DNA of 64,000 nucleotides, taken from positions 2,786,075 through 2,850,074 of the forward strand of contig CM082589.2 of assembly GCA_040954595.2 (NCBI GenBank), written 5' to 3'. Made by a program: the position numbers and the translations under genes. Shown here piece after piece: positions 38,484-51,700 of this stretch. Within the stretch, counting starts at the first letter, position 1. Each line of letters opens with the position of its first letter. Below the pieces are notes generated by a model. The model was not told the DNA's origin. It ran no database searches and saw only the letters and a list, made by a program, of their open reading frames with translations. The DNA comes from Balanoglossus misakiensis (lineage: Eukaryota; Animalia; Hemichordata).

Positions 38484-38542
38484 TCGGCAGCTGCCGAGAA
38501 CTCCTATATCAACCGGCGTATACTCCGGCTGGTAACACTAGT
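38484..38542 (+). mobile_element. Helitron-like 3' terminus (non-autonomous remnant; 5' end not determined)
   Basis: GC-rich near-palindrome ccggcgtatactccgg (38513-38528), then CTAG at 38538-38541 and T. This is the canonical Helitron hairpin..~10 nt..CTRR|T geometry. A perfect 14-bp palindrome tcggcagctgccga lies just upstream (38484-38497). Confidence 0.45.
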
Positions 38543-41500
38543 AGCACATCATTGTTAAAATTCAGAGCACCTAAATTTTACAAGAACCGAATTTTCTGGC
38601 CTAGATTTACTTTCCGGGAAGAGTCGTAAATTCAATTTTGGCAATATCAGTTTGGATAAAACACGCTTTCAAATAACATGGACACGCAGGTCAAAATTGC
38701 CTCGGCCAATTTTATGGTAAGAACCTCATTGTTCAACTCTTCAAGATCAAATAAAAGTTTTGAAACAATAACTATGATTTACTTTCACACCAAATGAAGC
38801 TTTAAATCCCACAACTCGAGCCCGGCGAAGCGTATTTTGAAATGAAGAGAAAATTATGTAAAATGTGAATCATTTGTGTACAGGCACACGATCGTTGACG
38901 GGCGCCATCTTGTATCCGCGTCAACAGCTCAATGCGCATATTCAAATCTATGCCGGGTCTGGGGAAACCCCAAAAAACTGGAGAGCACACGAGAGCCGCT
39001 TTGGGAACAGTGTTCCCAAGATGAGAGTACACCAGCGTCAATCTGCTACTTGTATTTGTGGCGAGAGTTCGATTCAAGTGATCAATATTTCATCACCGAT
39101 GCTTATTTTCAAAAATCAATTATTAACTGCCAGTATTGAAGAACCGAAAACCTCAACTATACCTTAGCAATACTCTTGGGGAATGCCGTACCGTTGCCTT
39201 TGAAAGCTGTTTTTATTTTGTGATTTCTGACAAGAAACCAATATTTTATGAAATATTTAGAGTCGATACCATGCATGACTTATTAGTTTATGGTTGGTAG
39301 TGGTAAGTTTCTGTTATGGTTTGGTAGATTTTGGAAGAAGGTTAAAAAACGGCCAGTTTGGGGACAACCGGGCGAGGGTTATGTTTTTTTTCCCTCAAAA
39401 CCACTCGACGCTATCCTCAATGTAGCAAATAATGAAAAGGTTTTGAAGGACTACCACGCTGTATCCCGAAAAGTCTATCCCCGAGGTGGGGTCTACCTCA
39501 GTGCCCATTGATGCGCCGACAGTGTCGTGGGTACGGTCCAGCTGTTACTGACTTCAGATCGAGAAGGGGCTTTGATTTTTGTCACAAATTAGAGCCCCTT
39601 CTCAACTATTGTACAAATTTACGGCGCATTATTGTTTTAATCAGTCGACAAAGCACCGAGCCGGCAAGAGCCAAACCAAATCGTTCGATAAACCTCGTGA
39701 ACTCGTTAGGAGAGGTTCCCTTTGAGAAGTTCCGTCCACCGAAAAAAAATGACGTAAACCGCTCTGATAAATCTTACACGCGTTCAATTCATCGGAAATG
39801 AAACAGCAGATAGCTTCTCTTTAGCAAACAGGATGGGCAAAAAATAAGACCTATCATCATAAAATAAGTTATTGTGTTATTTGAGGATGCAGACGATATG
39901 AAACTTGAACTTATTCGTCACCTTGAGGAGGATTAGGCTCAGGTTTGTTGTTGAGCTCTCCACTTGAATTCTGGATATGGTCATGGTACAATGATACATT
40001 GTTATGGTCTTAGTACTTTTTTAAGTGTTATACCCTGTCTGGGACCAGGTTCTGGTCATGACAGCATATTTCTGAAGTGTGCCAAAAAATCCCCGTAACT
40101 GTTCGCTTGAAACCGCAGCAACAACACAGACAAACAAATCAGAATATTCCAAGGTATAAAAAATAAGTGCCAATTTTTGACTCGGGGGACTTTATCAGGA
40201 ATATAGATGAAAATAAGTGCTTGAAGGCATACTAGCGGATATTTTCATATTTCTGAATTTTGTGGCATCGCACGTTGTGCAAGATTAAGTCGTTAGATTA
40301 AGAATTTGTCGAAGCACTCGTAATCTCCGAGCTTTGAAAGCAGTGCATCATTTGCTGTATACATAAGTAAAACCACAGTTTATGCCGGAACTTAAAATAT
40401 TGTTTTCAACAATAACACTTCACACTTATATTGTTATGGCTGTTTGCACTTGTCGAATAAAAATCGATTTAGAATCCTTGGGAGGGGATGGAAACGCTGC
40501 CCCAACTTGTCATAAAAATGCTAATAAAATAGGAAAAGTTACAGGTATATACATTGTGATTTTATTATGTCGGTACTCTCAACGTCATCATTTATAAACG
40601 GTGGCTGAGTGGTGCTTTCAATGGTTGCATTTAGACCCCCTTGAATGGCGTCAAGGTCGCTGTTAAACCAAGCGTGAAATTATGGCACGTCATATACCAC
40701 TCAAAACTGGTAACGGGTTGTTTGTTAAAAGTGGTGCCATAATCACAAGGTCATTTTCAGCATTGTTAACTGAGGGATCTCTTTTCAGGCCTTGTTGGGA
40801 TATTTTTGGCGTTCTTTGGTTGGTTTTCTCTCCCGCAAATGTAAAATGGTTATCCCGTTCTTTGTTCTGTCATTTCAAAGGAAAACACAACACCTGAAAG
40901 TCTGTATAAGGTGGCGTAACTTTTTTTTGCTGCAGAAGGCCAGAGCCAAAAAGTTGTAATGGTTTGGTTTTTTTGTGCATAACGGTGAAGGACTTTTTTC
41001 CATCTCCCATTTGTTAAAATCTGGAGGTGAATTTCACCGCGGATTGTATTTTTGTTTTTGCCAGTTTTAAAATATGCGCTCTGGCGATACGTGTCACATC
41101 TTCGCCTGACACGGATCACCCAGTAATGGGAAAATATTTAACCGCAGAAGACCAGTGTCGATATTGCAATTTGACGAGAAGTATCATCCTTTCAGAATCT
41201 CCCAACACGCAGTTCGAATAGTCGGGTGAAACCGACTCGCGATCAGACACCGCGTCGGACCGAGATTATTAATTTCTCCCAGCTTCCATTTAATAAGCAT
41301 CATGAAAAATCTTTAATTTTCTAATATGAACATTGTCACATTTTGGCGCGCTTGACTGCCAATTATCTCGGCAGAAAAGAGCGCCAAAACTAAAGGGTGT
41401 TCACCTTTTCTGCTCCCATAATTACTAAGAGCTTTCCGCACGCAGCTTCTAAAGTTGAGGTACCACCACGATATTGGTTTTGCTTCCGGCGTAAGTCTAC

Positions 41501-42376
41501 CATTATGGCAGATATTCGATTTTTCACCGTCTAAATTGTTCCGTGTCCCTTGTAATGGCACATTTGGGTGAACAGATAGAGCTGAAAAAATAGGCGAGAA
41601 ACTTCGCTCTCCCTTGTTCGACGCTTTTCATCAAAACTTTAGTGAGTTTTCTGACAATTTAGCGTGGCTGATTATTCAACTCTTGCGAACCACCTTGATT
41701 GATTGACAGCGGGTACACTAGGCGGCTAGATATCAAAGGGAGGGAGACAGGGCGCCTGTCGTGAACTCGAAATATTTTATTTATGCAGCATGGCCGTTCT
41801 CCAGGGAAGATCTCGCAGTAAAACGCAGCAGACGAGATGTTCTCATGCAAATTGGCCAGGTGTGTGTTGATATCGAACACTAGCTCTTCTCTAGTTTATA
41901 ACTTTTTGAAAGTTTTGCCGATAGGGTTATACAATTGTAACAAGACTGCTTATATAGGAAATCTAGAAATCTCTAATTGTATTTTTTTTACATTTCGGCA
42001 TTTTACATTTTCGCGAGAGAAAAGAGAGTGAAAACTGGTGAAATGTCGGTTTAAGATTTGAAACGATCACATGATCGAGATGTCTTGGCATGGTGATAGT
42101 ACCCTATCCTAAGCAAAGGTTAAAGGTCGTAGCTACAGAACTGACGTCACAGAATCGATGATCAGTGATCGGTAATCATCTGTCTTGAACAAATGTGTGT
42201 TTTTACACAGAATTTGGTGAAGGCTTGTTTCATCGTCGGTTCATCAAAAGTGAAAAGTACATATAACGAATTTGACCTGGGAGACCTTACGTCTTGGGCG
42301 TACGTGACTATATATGCTCGCTCGTTTCCGGAGACAGTGTTTTTTATATGTAAGTGAAAGGTCTTCATAAGCTCAT

Positions 42377-42407
42377 CCCACCCCCCCCCCACCCCCCCCC
42401 CACCCCC
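42377..42407 (-). repeat. C-tract array (C3-A-C10-A-C10-A-C5), G-quadruplex-capable on the minus strand
   Basis: Minus strand reads G5-T-G10-T-G10-T-G3, four G-runs with 1-nt loops. Confidence 0.8.
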
Positions 42408-44962
42408 AAAAAAGAACGAACCACTATACTGCCGGCAAATTCAGTCGAATTTCTTTACGTAATGTGACGTCACATCTGTCATCATCAGCTGTCTGGTCGC
42501 GAAATAGAGCTACACTGCAGCTCATCCTTTTGCTTTGTCGCTAAGCAACGTTTTACGCGCGATTCGTTTCTCAAGCCATGTTTTCTTTTTATTTGTCTCA
42601 TGCATGGGGACTCTGCACTTTCCTTTGGGAGGTTAATGTAAAAATTTATACACGCCATCCATCTCTTTGATCAAATAACCTTTAATGACAAGGAAGAAGT
42701 TATTACTTTTATTGAAATGTTATTTCTTTTGTTTGGGCCGACATTTCTTGAGCACACAAACGTTGCCGATCATTGTTGCTTCGTCTCTTGCGCACCCTGT
42801 TTGAACTTACAAAGGTGGAGTCGTTTTGGTGTTCAAATCCCAGACGACATTTCTGTTAATTTTCGCGCCATGGGACACCGCTAATGACGGGTTTTTATCT
42901 CACGAGTGTCACGCCAAAGCGGTTTTAAAACAGTTTACTATAACATCTTTCAAAATACGCTCACAAAGGCTTTTGGAACTTAACAAAGAGTTGACGAGCT
43001 CACTGGCAAGTAATTTTCTTGTCGAAAAGTGGGACGATGATCCTTCATCGTACGGAATTTTTTTGCGCCTCTTCTATCTGACAGACAGATAGACAGATGG
43101 TCAGGTCCGTCCAAATATCTCGCCAGTTAGAAAATATATTCTCACTTTATTAAATGCCAAACTTCAGATATAACTATTTGAGATGATCCATGTCATTGTC
43201 GTCCATGATGATGTTAAAAATGACAAGGTTTCATGCGAAGATTCCTGGTGTTTTCAACTAAACCAATCAGCTGCCATCTCACGCGATCTTTTACACTACG
43301 CGAAGTGACCTGCTGTTCTTAAAAAAATGATAGTTGCCGGTCGAATACGAGTGTAGACTTGATGCTCGACAGGCGTGCTATCCGCTTTGACATCTTCTGA
43401 TGAGATCATGGCCTTGGAAGAAAACTAGAAATCTTAGTAGTGGGCCAAAGCCGTATAGATTCTTGGCATCATTTTCCAGATGTCATGTGCACCTAACTAG
43501 TGTATGTTGAATTTTAGGACGTCCTAGCTCTTGCAGTACCTCACACTTTTCACCTCAAATCGACAAGGGGTGAGGACAGCATGCGTTTCTTAGGGCGTGG
43601 TGTATTTCGCCGTGTGGTAAACTGTGTGAACGTCATCATCATGCCCTTCGATTCACGTGACCACGCCCACCCGATCAAGCGAGTGAACACGCTTTGCTGG
43701 CGAGGCGGCACCGCTACTCTCCCTCTCTCTCTCTATCACACACACACAAGCACTATTCAATTTCACCACTCTCAACACAACCGGAAAAAAGAAGGCCTGT
43801 GTGTTTACTATCGATGCGAACAGTTAGTAAACACGGCAAATTTGCCGGAGTATTGGCGAGGGTCGCACAAAGGTCGAAGCCTGGCTCTGCAGGCTGTAGT
43901 GGAGATTCTTTTGACGGCTTCGAATCCTGACACTAGTGTAAAATGACAACGTCTAACTTTAAAAGCCTCTATTTTCCCCATGTATTTTTTTCTTCTCAAG
44001 TCTACTCATGTTCTTTACCTTCTACATCTCTATGAATGACACCCTCCCCTGTTTTATCACCGTATTTTTGACTGCAAAGTCGTGGCTTTCCAAGAGAATG
44101 CCAATTGTTGGTCCCTTCGCGTGTACTAAGCCATCGTATTCTTGGCGAGCAGAAAAGAAAATCGTGTGCGTGAGACGTGTAATTAAAAATGGAATTTTCA
44201 TTGATTGAGAATGAGAAAAATAACAATTCTGCCAGCTTCATTAGGCAGCATTAAGCCATCTATCGGAGAGGTATAGGTTTTCAGTAATGGTGGCGTTTCG
44301 TTTCAAACTTTTAATGTAGTTTTTCTTTTTGGCGGCTTTTCAGACTCACACAAGAGCATGTGACTGCCCCGGGTTGCAACGTTTTCATGGGCTTTACGGT
44401 CTTTCTTTCCTTTCCACCCAGACTAGTTTCATTGAGTGCTATAGTTTTACAAGCACAGAAGAAAGACATCTTGTGCTAGCTTTTTTTATGATCACCAAAG
44501 CCTCACATTTTTTGACACCGAATATGTTCGCACCAGATTTTCGCTGCTTCACGGTGATGAAATGGACACAGCGATTTGAAAGGGCTTGAGAAATGAGCTC
44601 AGATAATGAAACACAATATGTATTTCGTATTCGCCTTTCACACGTGTAGGGGCCTCGCCGCTTCCCCATTCATAGCTATCTATCAGCCAGCTTCGCCTCC
44701 GGAAGTTTCCCCCCTCCGCGATTCAATTTCGTGCTTGAAAACTGATCAAAATCCTTCATCTGATCAGCCTGGCAATTTTGCTTCGCTTTTAGTAACTCGA
44801 GTCGAAGCCACAGCCGGGGAAAATCAAGCGCTTATGATATTGAAGTGTTGAAATTTTACTACAGGGCGACGACGAGTTCTTTTCAAAACTGTTCCTATTT
44901 CTGCGGGGCGTACAAAGCTTGAGTATGTGGCCTTCTTCCCGGGGTTTAGTGTCGCCATAGAA

Positions 44963-45110
44963 ACCACCACCAGCATCAACGGCAACAACAACCAGAACAA
45001 CAACAACAACAACAACAACAATAATAATAATAATAATAACAACAACAACATAAACACAAACATAATAATAATAATTAGTATCATCATCATAATAATCTTA
45101 ATAATCATAT
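44963..45110. repeat. Compound trinucleotide microsatellite (ACC/AAC/AAT/ATC)n
   Basis: Direct reading. It accounts for the poly-Asn/Ile ORF 44927..45385 and the poly-Leu ORF 44824..45141. Confidence 0.92.
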
Positions 45111-45751
45111 CAAAAGAATATTCAAGGTTCTCTAAGACCAATATCAGGGGAAATCAAAAAGATGTTGCAACATTGAAGTACTTTATTAATGGGTTCAATA
45201 ACTTATATTTATTTTGGAGCGCTCTGGGCACAATTGTGTACGCACTCATGGACTCAGTCTCAGCAAATGTCGAGAGCGGGGACCGAAAAGGAGCGACGGG
45301 GGAAACCAACTTAAGTTTCAGGGAGACAGAAAAAAAATTTGCCTCTCCAAATATACACGTCCTTTTGCACAGGCACAAGTGTTGACGAACTGTTATACAA
45401 GATGGCGGCTAATTAATTCTGCCTTGACAGGCTGAAACGCCCTCAAGCTACCGGTCTCCCTCCGTGGTCTTTTGTTTGTAAGTAATGCATGATGATAGGG
45501 AGGGAAATGGAGGTCGCCTGCGGCAATCCTCGGCTAAAATAATGCTACCCTTATAACGGTCCGCTGCATCACTGTACGAGAGACTGGTTTGACTTCTATC
45601 TAAGCGCTTCTTGGTATCATCTTTTACCTTTGAGAGGTTTCGCCGCGCGGCCATTCACACTCTCCCGTATTTACTTAAGTCATTTCCGTTACTTTTTTCC
45701 ACTCGAACTTGTAGCAACTTTCCTTCCGCTGCCATAGCAACTCAATATAGC

Positions 45752-45810
45752 GAGAGTGAGTGAGTGTGTTACTGACTGACTGACTTGGATGTGCGAGTGA
45801 GTCAGTGAGT
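45752..45810. repeat. Degenerate (GAGT/GACT)n tetranucleotide repeat
   Basis: gagagtgagtgagtg...actgactgactgact...gagtgagtcagtgagt. A complementary (ACTC)n tract lies at about 60478-60560. Confidence 0.7.
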
Positions 45811-47178
45811 GGGTTGGGGGTGCCATGGTGATGATTACTGACCGATGCGCATAACTGGCCGTGTTGATTGGGTGCTAGGTATCATGTTGTCATGGCTTCG
45901 CTGTGGGCTTAGCACAATGTTTTGCCGTTTGGGGTCGCAAACCAGCGAGGGTCGAATAACAAAATAAGTAGGAGTTGGCAGCAAGAGCAAACGGCATACT
46001 TAAGCAGACACATAAATTTACCTATCATCTTTGGGGAAAACCTCACAAACTGAAAGAGCCCTAAGACAGACCGTATCTATTTTTTTTCTCGGGCACGATT
46101 CAAAGTTCCCGGTCGGATCCATCTGATGATTACGTTCAGGGGCTGTCGGTATGCCCGACGCACAGGCAACCCCTAACTTAATTACAAAGCAGGGATTACA
46201 ATAAACGAACAACTGCCATAGTTGTTAAGTCCACGCCAAGCGCTTAAGACACGCCATTATGTTACATTTTGGCCGAACGCGCCTCCCCCCTTCAAGATTT
46301 GAATGCAAATGAATACGAATTAACATTTTGTGTTGTCAACAAGCATATGTCAAACGTGAAAAGCAATCCTTTGGATAGCGAGACGAGAAGTAGAGAAATG
46401 ACTTTTTGACTGGTATTTTGAACATGACGATAAAGGTAGCGAGCGATATGAGTTGCGCGTCTCATGGGGGGTTTTGATACCTTAGGCTAGCAACTTGTTA
46501 GGGATATAGGTTGATGCCGCTTTGCAGGAGAAAAAAAAGAGTGTCCTGTGGCCGCGCAAGATTATTTTTTTGGAAGGGAGATTTTCTTGTCTGTCGCTTG
46601 TTTGGTAGGGGTGTGAATGGGCCAAGTAGTGCGTGTAATGGTCCTATTGTTTTTTTCTATACTTGGGGGAGGTTTTGGTGGAACTTCCACCGTCTTCTAA
46701 GCGTGACGACGTGCCACTGAAGTATTAAGTGCACACGGCGTTCTGTTCACTTTCAATACAGTCGGCTTCGTTTAAAGCCGCTGCTAACACACAGCCCCCG
46801 AATTCACCAGACGCGTATTAGGCAGCCTAGCCTCGCAGCGGAACACGGCGTTACCAGTCCTCTCATTCAGACCCAAGAGAAGCCTGCGAGGCGGTGAGAA
46901 CACAAACGATCTAGAAATCTGGCTCATCCCACCCGAGGTGATACCATTGAAAAAAAGTCTTATTCAGTTGTGTCTTTCTTTTTCTCCCCACAACAGTGGC
47001 TAAGTGGTCGGTCAGCTGGTATTAGCTTGGTCTAACACACCGGTTCTCCATCGTTGTTGTTTTTTTCACCATAGCCCCCATCTTGACAGTGTTTTAGATT
47101 GTCTACCAGAGCTCGACTCCGCCAGTCCCGATGGTTTTCAGACCAATGTATTCACTTTCATGTTGGTTGTGTTTGCAG

Positions 47179-47463
47179 TGACTCTCGGCCGACACGCTTG
47201 CAATCCATCCACTAGAGCGTCACGCCGCAGACAGAAGGGAGACCAGGGCAGGCACGCAGCGGGGACGAATTCCAGACACTCGGCTCAAGTTCGAAGCCTG
47301 TGCACGCGGAGGAGGTGAAGAAGGAGGAGAGAAACAAGAGGGAGATATTCAACGAACAGAGCGAGTAATTCCAGGGAGAACTCCAGTGAAAAAATCAAGG
47401 GTGCCGAAATCTGACTGCGGGAGAACCATGTCTTTTCTTACGCTGGACTCCAATTCATGGCAG
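47179..47463 (+). other. Candidate exon of an unidentified plus-strand gene (5'UTR with possible start ATG at 47428, MSFLTLDSNSWQ)
   Basis: Acceptor gttgtgtttgcag|, donor CAG|GTAGGA, purine-rich GAA stretch inside, accATG with A at -3, 12 codons to the donor (phase 0). No homology recognised. Confidence 0.35.
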
Positions 47464-48629
47464 GTAGGACGGTGTAACTGTTCATCCAATTAAATCAATA
47501 GTTGTAAGTAAGCCTTTAGTGGCAGCGCGAACAACCGACAGGCGCATTGGTGTTTTTATTAAAAAGGCGAGGGTACGGCAGAGGGTAAAGACACCAACCG
47601 GCGCAGTGTTGTAGAAGGTCCCGTGTAGATCCATTGCAGCACCCGTAATTCTCAGCTGTGCCATGCGCGCTAGTCAACCACCCAACTGAGCCGCCGTCGC
47701 GATATTTCCCCCATTTTATTTTCCCAAGTCTCTGAAAATCGATCACTTCCAACGCCCCAGTGCCTGTTTTCGATTGATTCTTAAGTTTGCGATCTTCACC
47801 GAGGCTATTTCCACGCGATTGGCCGTAAGGGGGAGAGACACTCTCTCATAGTATCAAGAAGTTCGGCGAGGGCATGTAGATTGGTGAGGGGAAAAATCTA
47901 TGCAGAAATGTCTACTCGTACCCAACAACTGAAACATGGGATTCGGTAGTTAGTCACCTAACGCCTTACGGGCGAAAAAAAGTGGGAGAATTTTGCCAAC
48001 TGCGTTTTTTGTGTGAGGGCACAATCGGGATGTACTTCCAAACGCCCAAAAGAAGTCCTTTTGGGGGTAGGTTCACACGATCGGCTTGGTGTAACCTGGA
48101 AAAATTATCACCGTTGCCGATCATTGTAATCCGATACCACTTGGAGATTCACTTTTCGCCCCTCTCCCCTTTGCTCTGTAACACACACTACGTCACTATC
48201 AAATCTGTTTTGCTTTCTGGGCAAAATATTTTTTCACACTCGCGATCAATTCGATAAATTCTTTCGATTTTTTTCTTCTCTTCACATCCTCGATGACTAC
48301 CCCCTTTGAATAAATCAGATATCACGCAAATAAAACAACAAATCTTGCTCCAATACAACAGTCTTAGGTAAACCAAGTGTTCTCCCTTCACTGATCCTCG
48401 AAGCAGAAGGTCTCAAGGCTTGAAAGGAAACCGTATATAAACCCGCGCAGGCGATCTGACTGTGGGCTGCTGAAACATAAAGATGAGATATAAAATTTTG
48501 ATTTTTTTGGTCATCTAGAGTAAAGTCAGGGCTTCCTGATTGAGTTCTCTGTTTACAGCTTATGCCCGGGGTCCAGAGAGCTCAATCGTTCAGCAGCGCA
48601 ACCATTGTTCCTTCAAAAAGCAGTCTTAT

Positions 48630-48733
48630 TATAAACGTCGAGGCTCGCATTGCGAGCACTTGCACTGAGTCAGAGTGATTTTTCATCGATGAAATTTGTG
48701 CGGATTTTAATCGAGAACAGACCGTAGGTAAGT
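48630..48733 (+). promoter_or_regulatory. Candidate TATA promoter and short first exon (~48658-48727)
   Basis: TATAAA at 48630-48635, initiator-like GCACTT 28 nt later, and a full-consensus donor AG|GTAAGT at 48728. A Sox-type CATTGTT lies at 48603-48609. Confidence 0.4.
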
Positions 48734-51700
48734 GATTTCGAGAGGAGGTTTCAATTCAAATCCCCTGCTAATAATAATACTCTTCGCCGCGTCGTCGGCG
48801 CTAACTTGGGCGCGGTGGAAAGCCGCGCGCGCGTTGTGGACGGGTTGCAATTCCAGGAACTGCTTTTCCGTGCTTTGTCAGGATTACCATTAGCGGAATG
48901 CGTTCTCAATTTGTCAGATGGTCTTCAATTAGTCTGTATTTATGTTTACCTCCTTGACTCGAGTTGTCGACATAATTGGATGTTTACATGACACTTCTCG
49001 GGATAATGTACTTGCTTGTAAGATAGTGACAATCCATTATATTCAAGTCAGTTAAATGCTAACATAATAATTCATTCATGGGATGTGTTTCCTTGTGAGT
49101 TACCCCATCAAAAACTAGCCTCCTTATTGGTGTTTTTTTAGAAACCCCACTACTCAGAAAACACACAGAGATATCTGTGAATTAATTCACACAGGCGTCT
49201 CACTAAGCTGAATATTTGATAATCCACGTCATCCCGCCATCTTTGTGACAACACTGTTATGGTTAACCCGTAAAATTAAATCAGGCCATTTAATTAATTA
49301 TACTTGATTTTCTTAAATCTAAATATGAATCTCGTCGAGATTTGTGTAATTTGACCGAAAACCCCCGATGAGACGCGACCAGTGCACCGGAATCTATTCC
49401 GTCTTGCTGGTTTTTTGGAGTCCTTCTGAAATTGACACCATTTTGAAGAAATGTGCATGAAGGCCGATGTGGCCCAGATATAGCTAAATGTATATGAGCC
49501 CGACCAACACTCAGTAATAGCGCAAAAAATAAAGAAACTAGTCCCATTTCATACGGATGCGCCGGTTTTAATCGGTTTGGTAAAAAAGGGCTGGGAAGTT
49601 TCCTTTGATCTTCAACAGCAACTTTATGACTGAGATTACTGCTGGAGAAGACAGGCGTTTTGCATTGTTAAGCGAGCTTGACAGGGTGGCGTCGTTCGGC
49701 CTCCGCCGTACACCACACTACAGGCAAACAGTAATGGCGAATCTATTAAGCGCCCAACAATCGCGGCTAAATTAAAGACTCTATCTAAAAATTATGGGAT
49801 GGCTAATTAGGAGGGGATTGCATCAAACGTTTTCTCGTGGCGGGTGACAATATACGCGCTCAGATAGAGATCTCAGACAGTTGACATGTAAACCATGTGA
49901 TTGGAATCTGACGCAGGCGTTCTTCTGTCCTTTCTCTCGGTGTTTCTGTAACCGCCGCGTCCTAAACTTTGTGAGCGTCGGTCTTTACAAGATGCGCTCC
50001 TGATACGATTGACGGTGAAGTGGTGCTGTTGGTTAACTCTAGCAAATAAAATCCCTTTATTAGAGAAAATAATGATTTTCTTTAAATCGTGTTAGTTTTT
50101 CTATCACGGCCAACAAGAGAAACGTAAGGAAATTCGAATCATTTGCACTTAACTAGGGACTTTAACTAGCTATTGTCGATAAAACCACCCTCCTCCCGTC
50201 CCGTCCCCTCCCCTTCTCTCTCCCACTCTTCCCTCTTTCCCACTCTCTATCTTGCTAAACTTTAAAAAATGCTGTGTTATTGTTTAACATTTCGTCGACC
50301 CGATTCGTGGTGACGAACAATATATTACCGCAGTGTTAATTGTCATACTTGGAAGTTAAAAACTGAGAAGTGATACATGTTGTTATTGAAATCAGTGCAG
50401 TATTTTTAGCAGAATTAATTGAGTGACTTAGACCCGATCCACAGAAATGCGATAATAGCGTGATTCGCTACCTTCCCGATTAATCGCGTGTGTCAAAGTC
50501 ATGAAAACATTAACTCGCCCGACCTTATATAATGCATAACATAAGATGAGTGCTTTTTATAAGATTTATATCTTTTCTGTATAAATAACAAAAAACAAAC
50601 AAGCACAAAATATTGTGTAAAATTAGTATCTAGGATCCAGCATTCAACATATACACACCAGATAGCGATAAACGTTGTGGTATTAAAAAAAACAGTTTTG
50701 CATAATTGAGGAGTGATTTCAATCGGTGAGTTTGTTATACGTCGGGGTTTCTCTCACAGCGCGTGATTTAGTTCCAGTATTTATTCATGGCAAAAATCGA
50801 TAGGCGTTCGTTTGAGTGTCATTTCTAAGACATGTGTCCGCTTGCCGCCGTGTATATTAGAAATTAAAAAATCTATAGGTCTCCTGTAATCCTTCTCCCT
50901 CTTCAATATTGTTGAGATTGAGAGGAGATGTTTGCACATGTATCTTGTATTGGTTCAATACAAATCATGAAATAGACTGTTCCAACTGTCAGCAATATAG
51001 AAACAAAGTAATTGGGTCGAAGATGTGGGAACCATGACCCCCTTTTCCCCAATGTGAGTCTTCTGTCAAACGTTTCTTTCGTGGGTTTTGTTTTATTTGT
51101 TGTGTCATAATTTCATAATGATGACCCAGAAAATGTCAGCTCATTTCATTACCGTACAGAAATATACCATCAACGCGTATTTTCTTGAACCATCTTCGAT
51201 TTGTGATTGTCGCCAAGCTTACTTAGCGCAAAATTAATATAAAACGATCATTTGCCTTTTAAAAATATAAACACATACAGAGATTGTCTTTTGTAGTTAT
51301 TTTAACGATGAGAATATGTCGAAGCCCAGGGTGTGTTTAGGGGTAGTGCATTGACAATAAGAACTAAATTGCGAAGTCGAGACGGACAACTTAAGGTGGT
51401 GTTTATTATTTCAGGGGCAGATATGGACATGAATGCAACAGACTAATTTCAGTTGTACGTTTTAATTTGTTGTCCTTAATAGTGGACGCAGCGCACAGCT
51501 GCAATGTCCCGGCGAGGTGAGTCGCATCCCAGCCGGGCCCAGTAAACGACCCCATCGCCTAAGGAGGTGGGATTTGGAGGCACCGGTAGTAAACAGGGCC
51601 ATAACAGCGATACGGCAGTGGGAACGGCTTAGGGAAGATTTCCTACTAAGTGCCAAAAACACTCTGCCGTCCGATTTGCTGTACTTTGTGTGCCGGGCCG

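Noticed and set aside
44824-45385. Poly-Asn/Ile and poly-Leu 'membrane protein' ORFs
   Set aside because: They are translations of a trinucleotide microsatellite.
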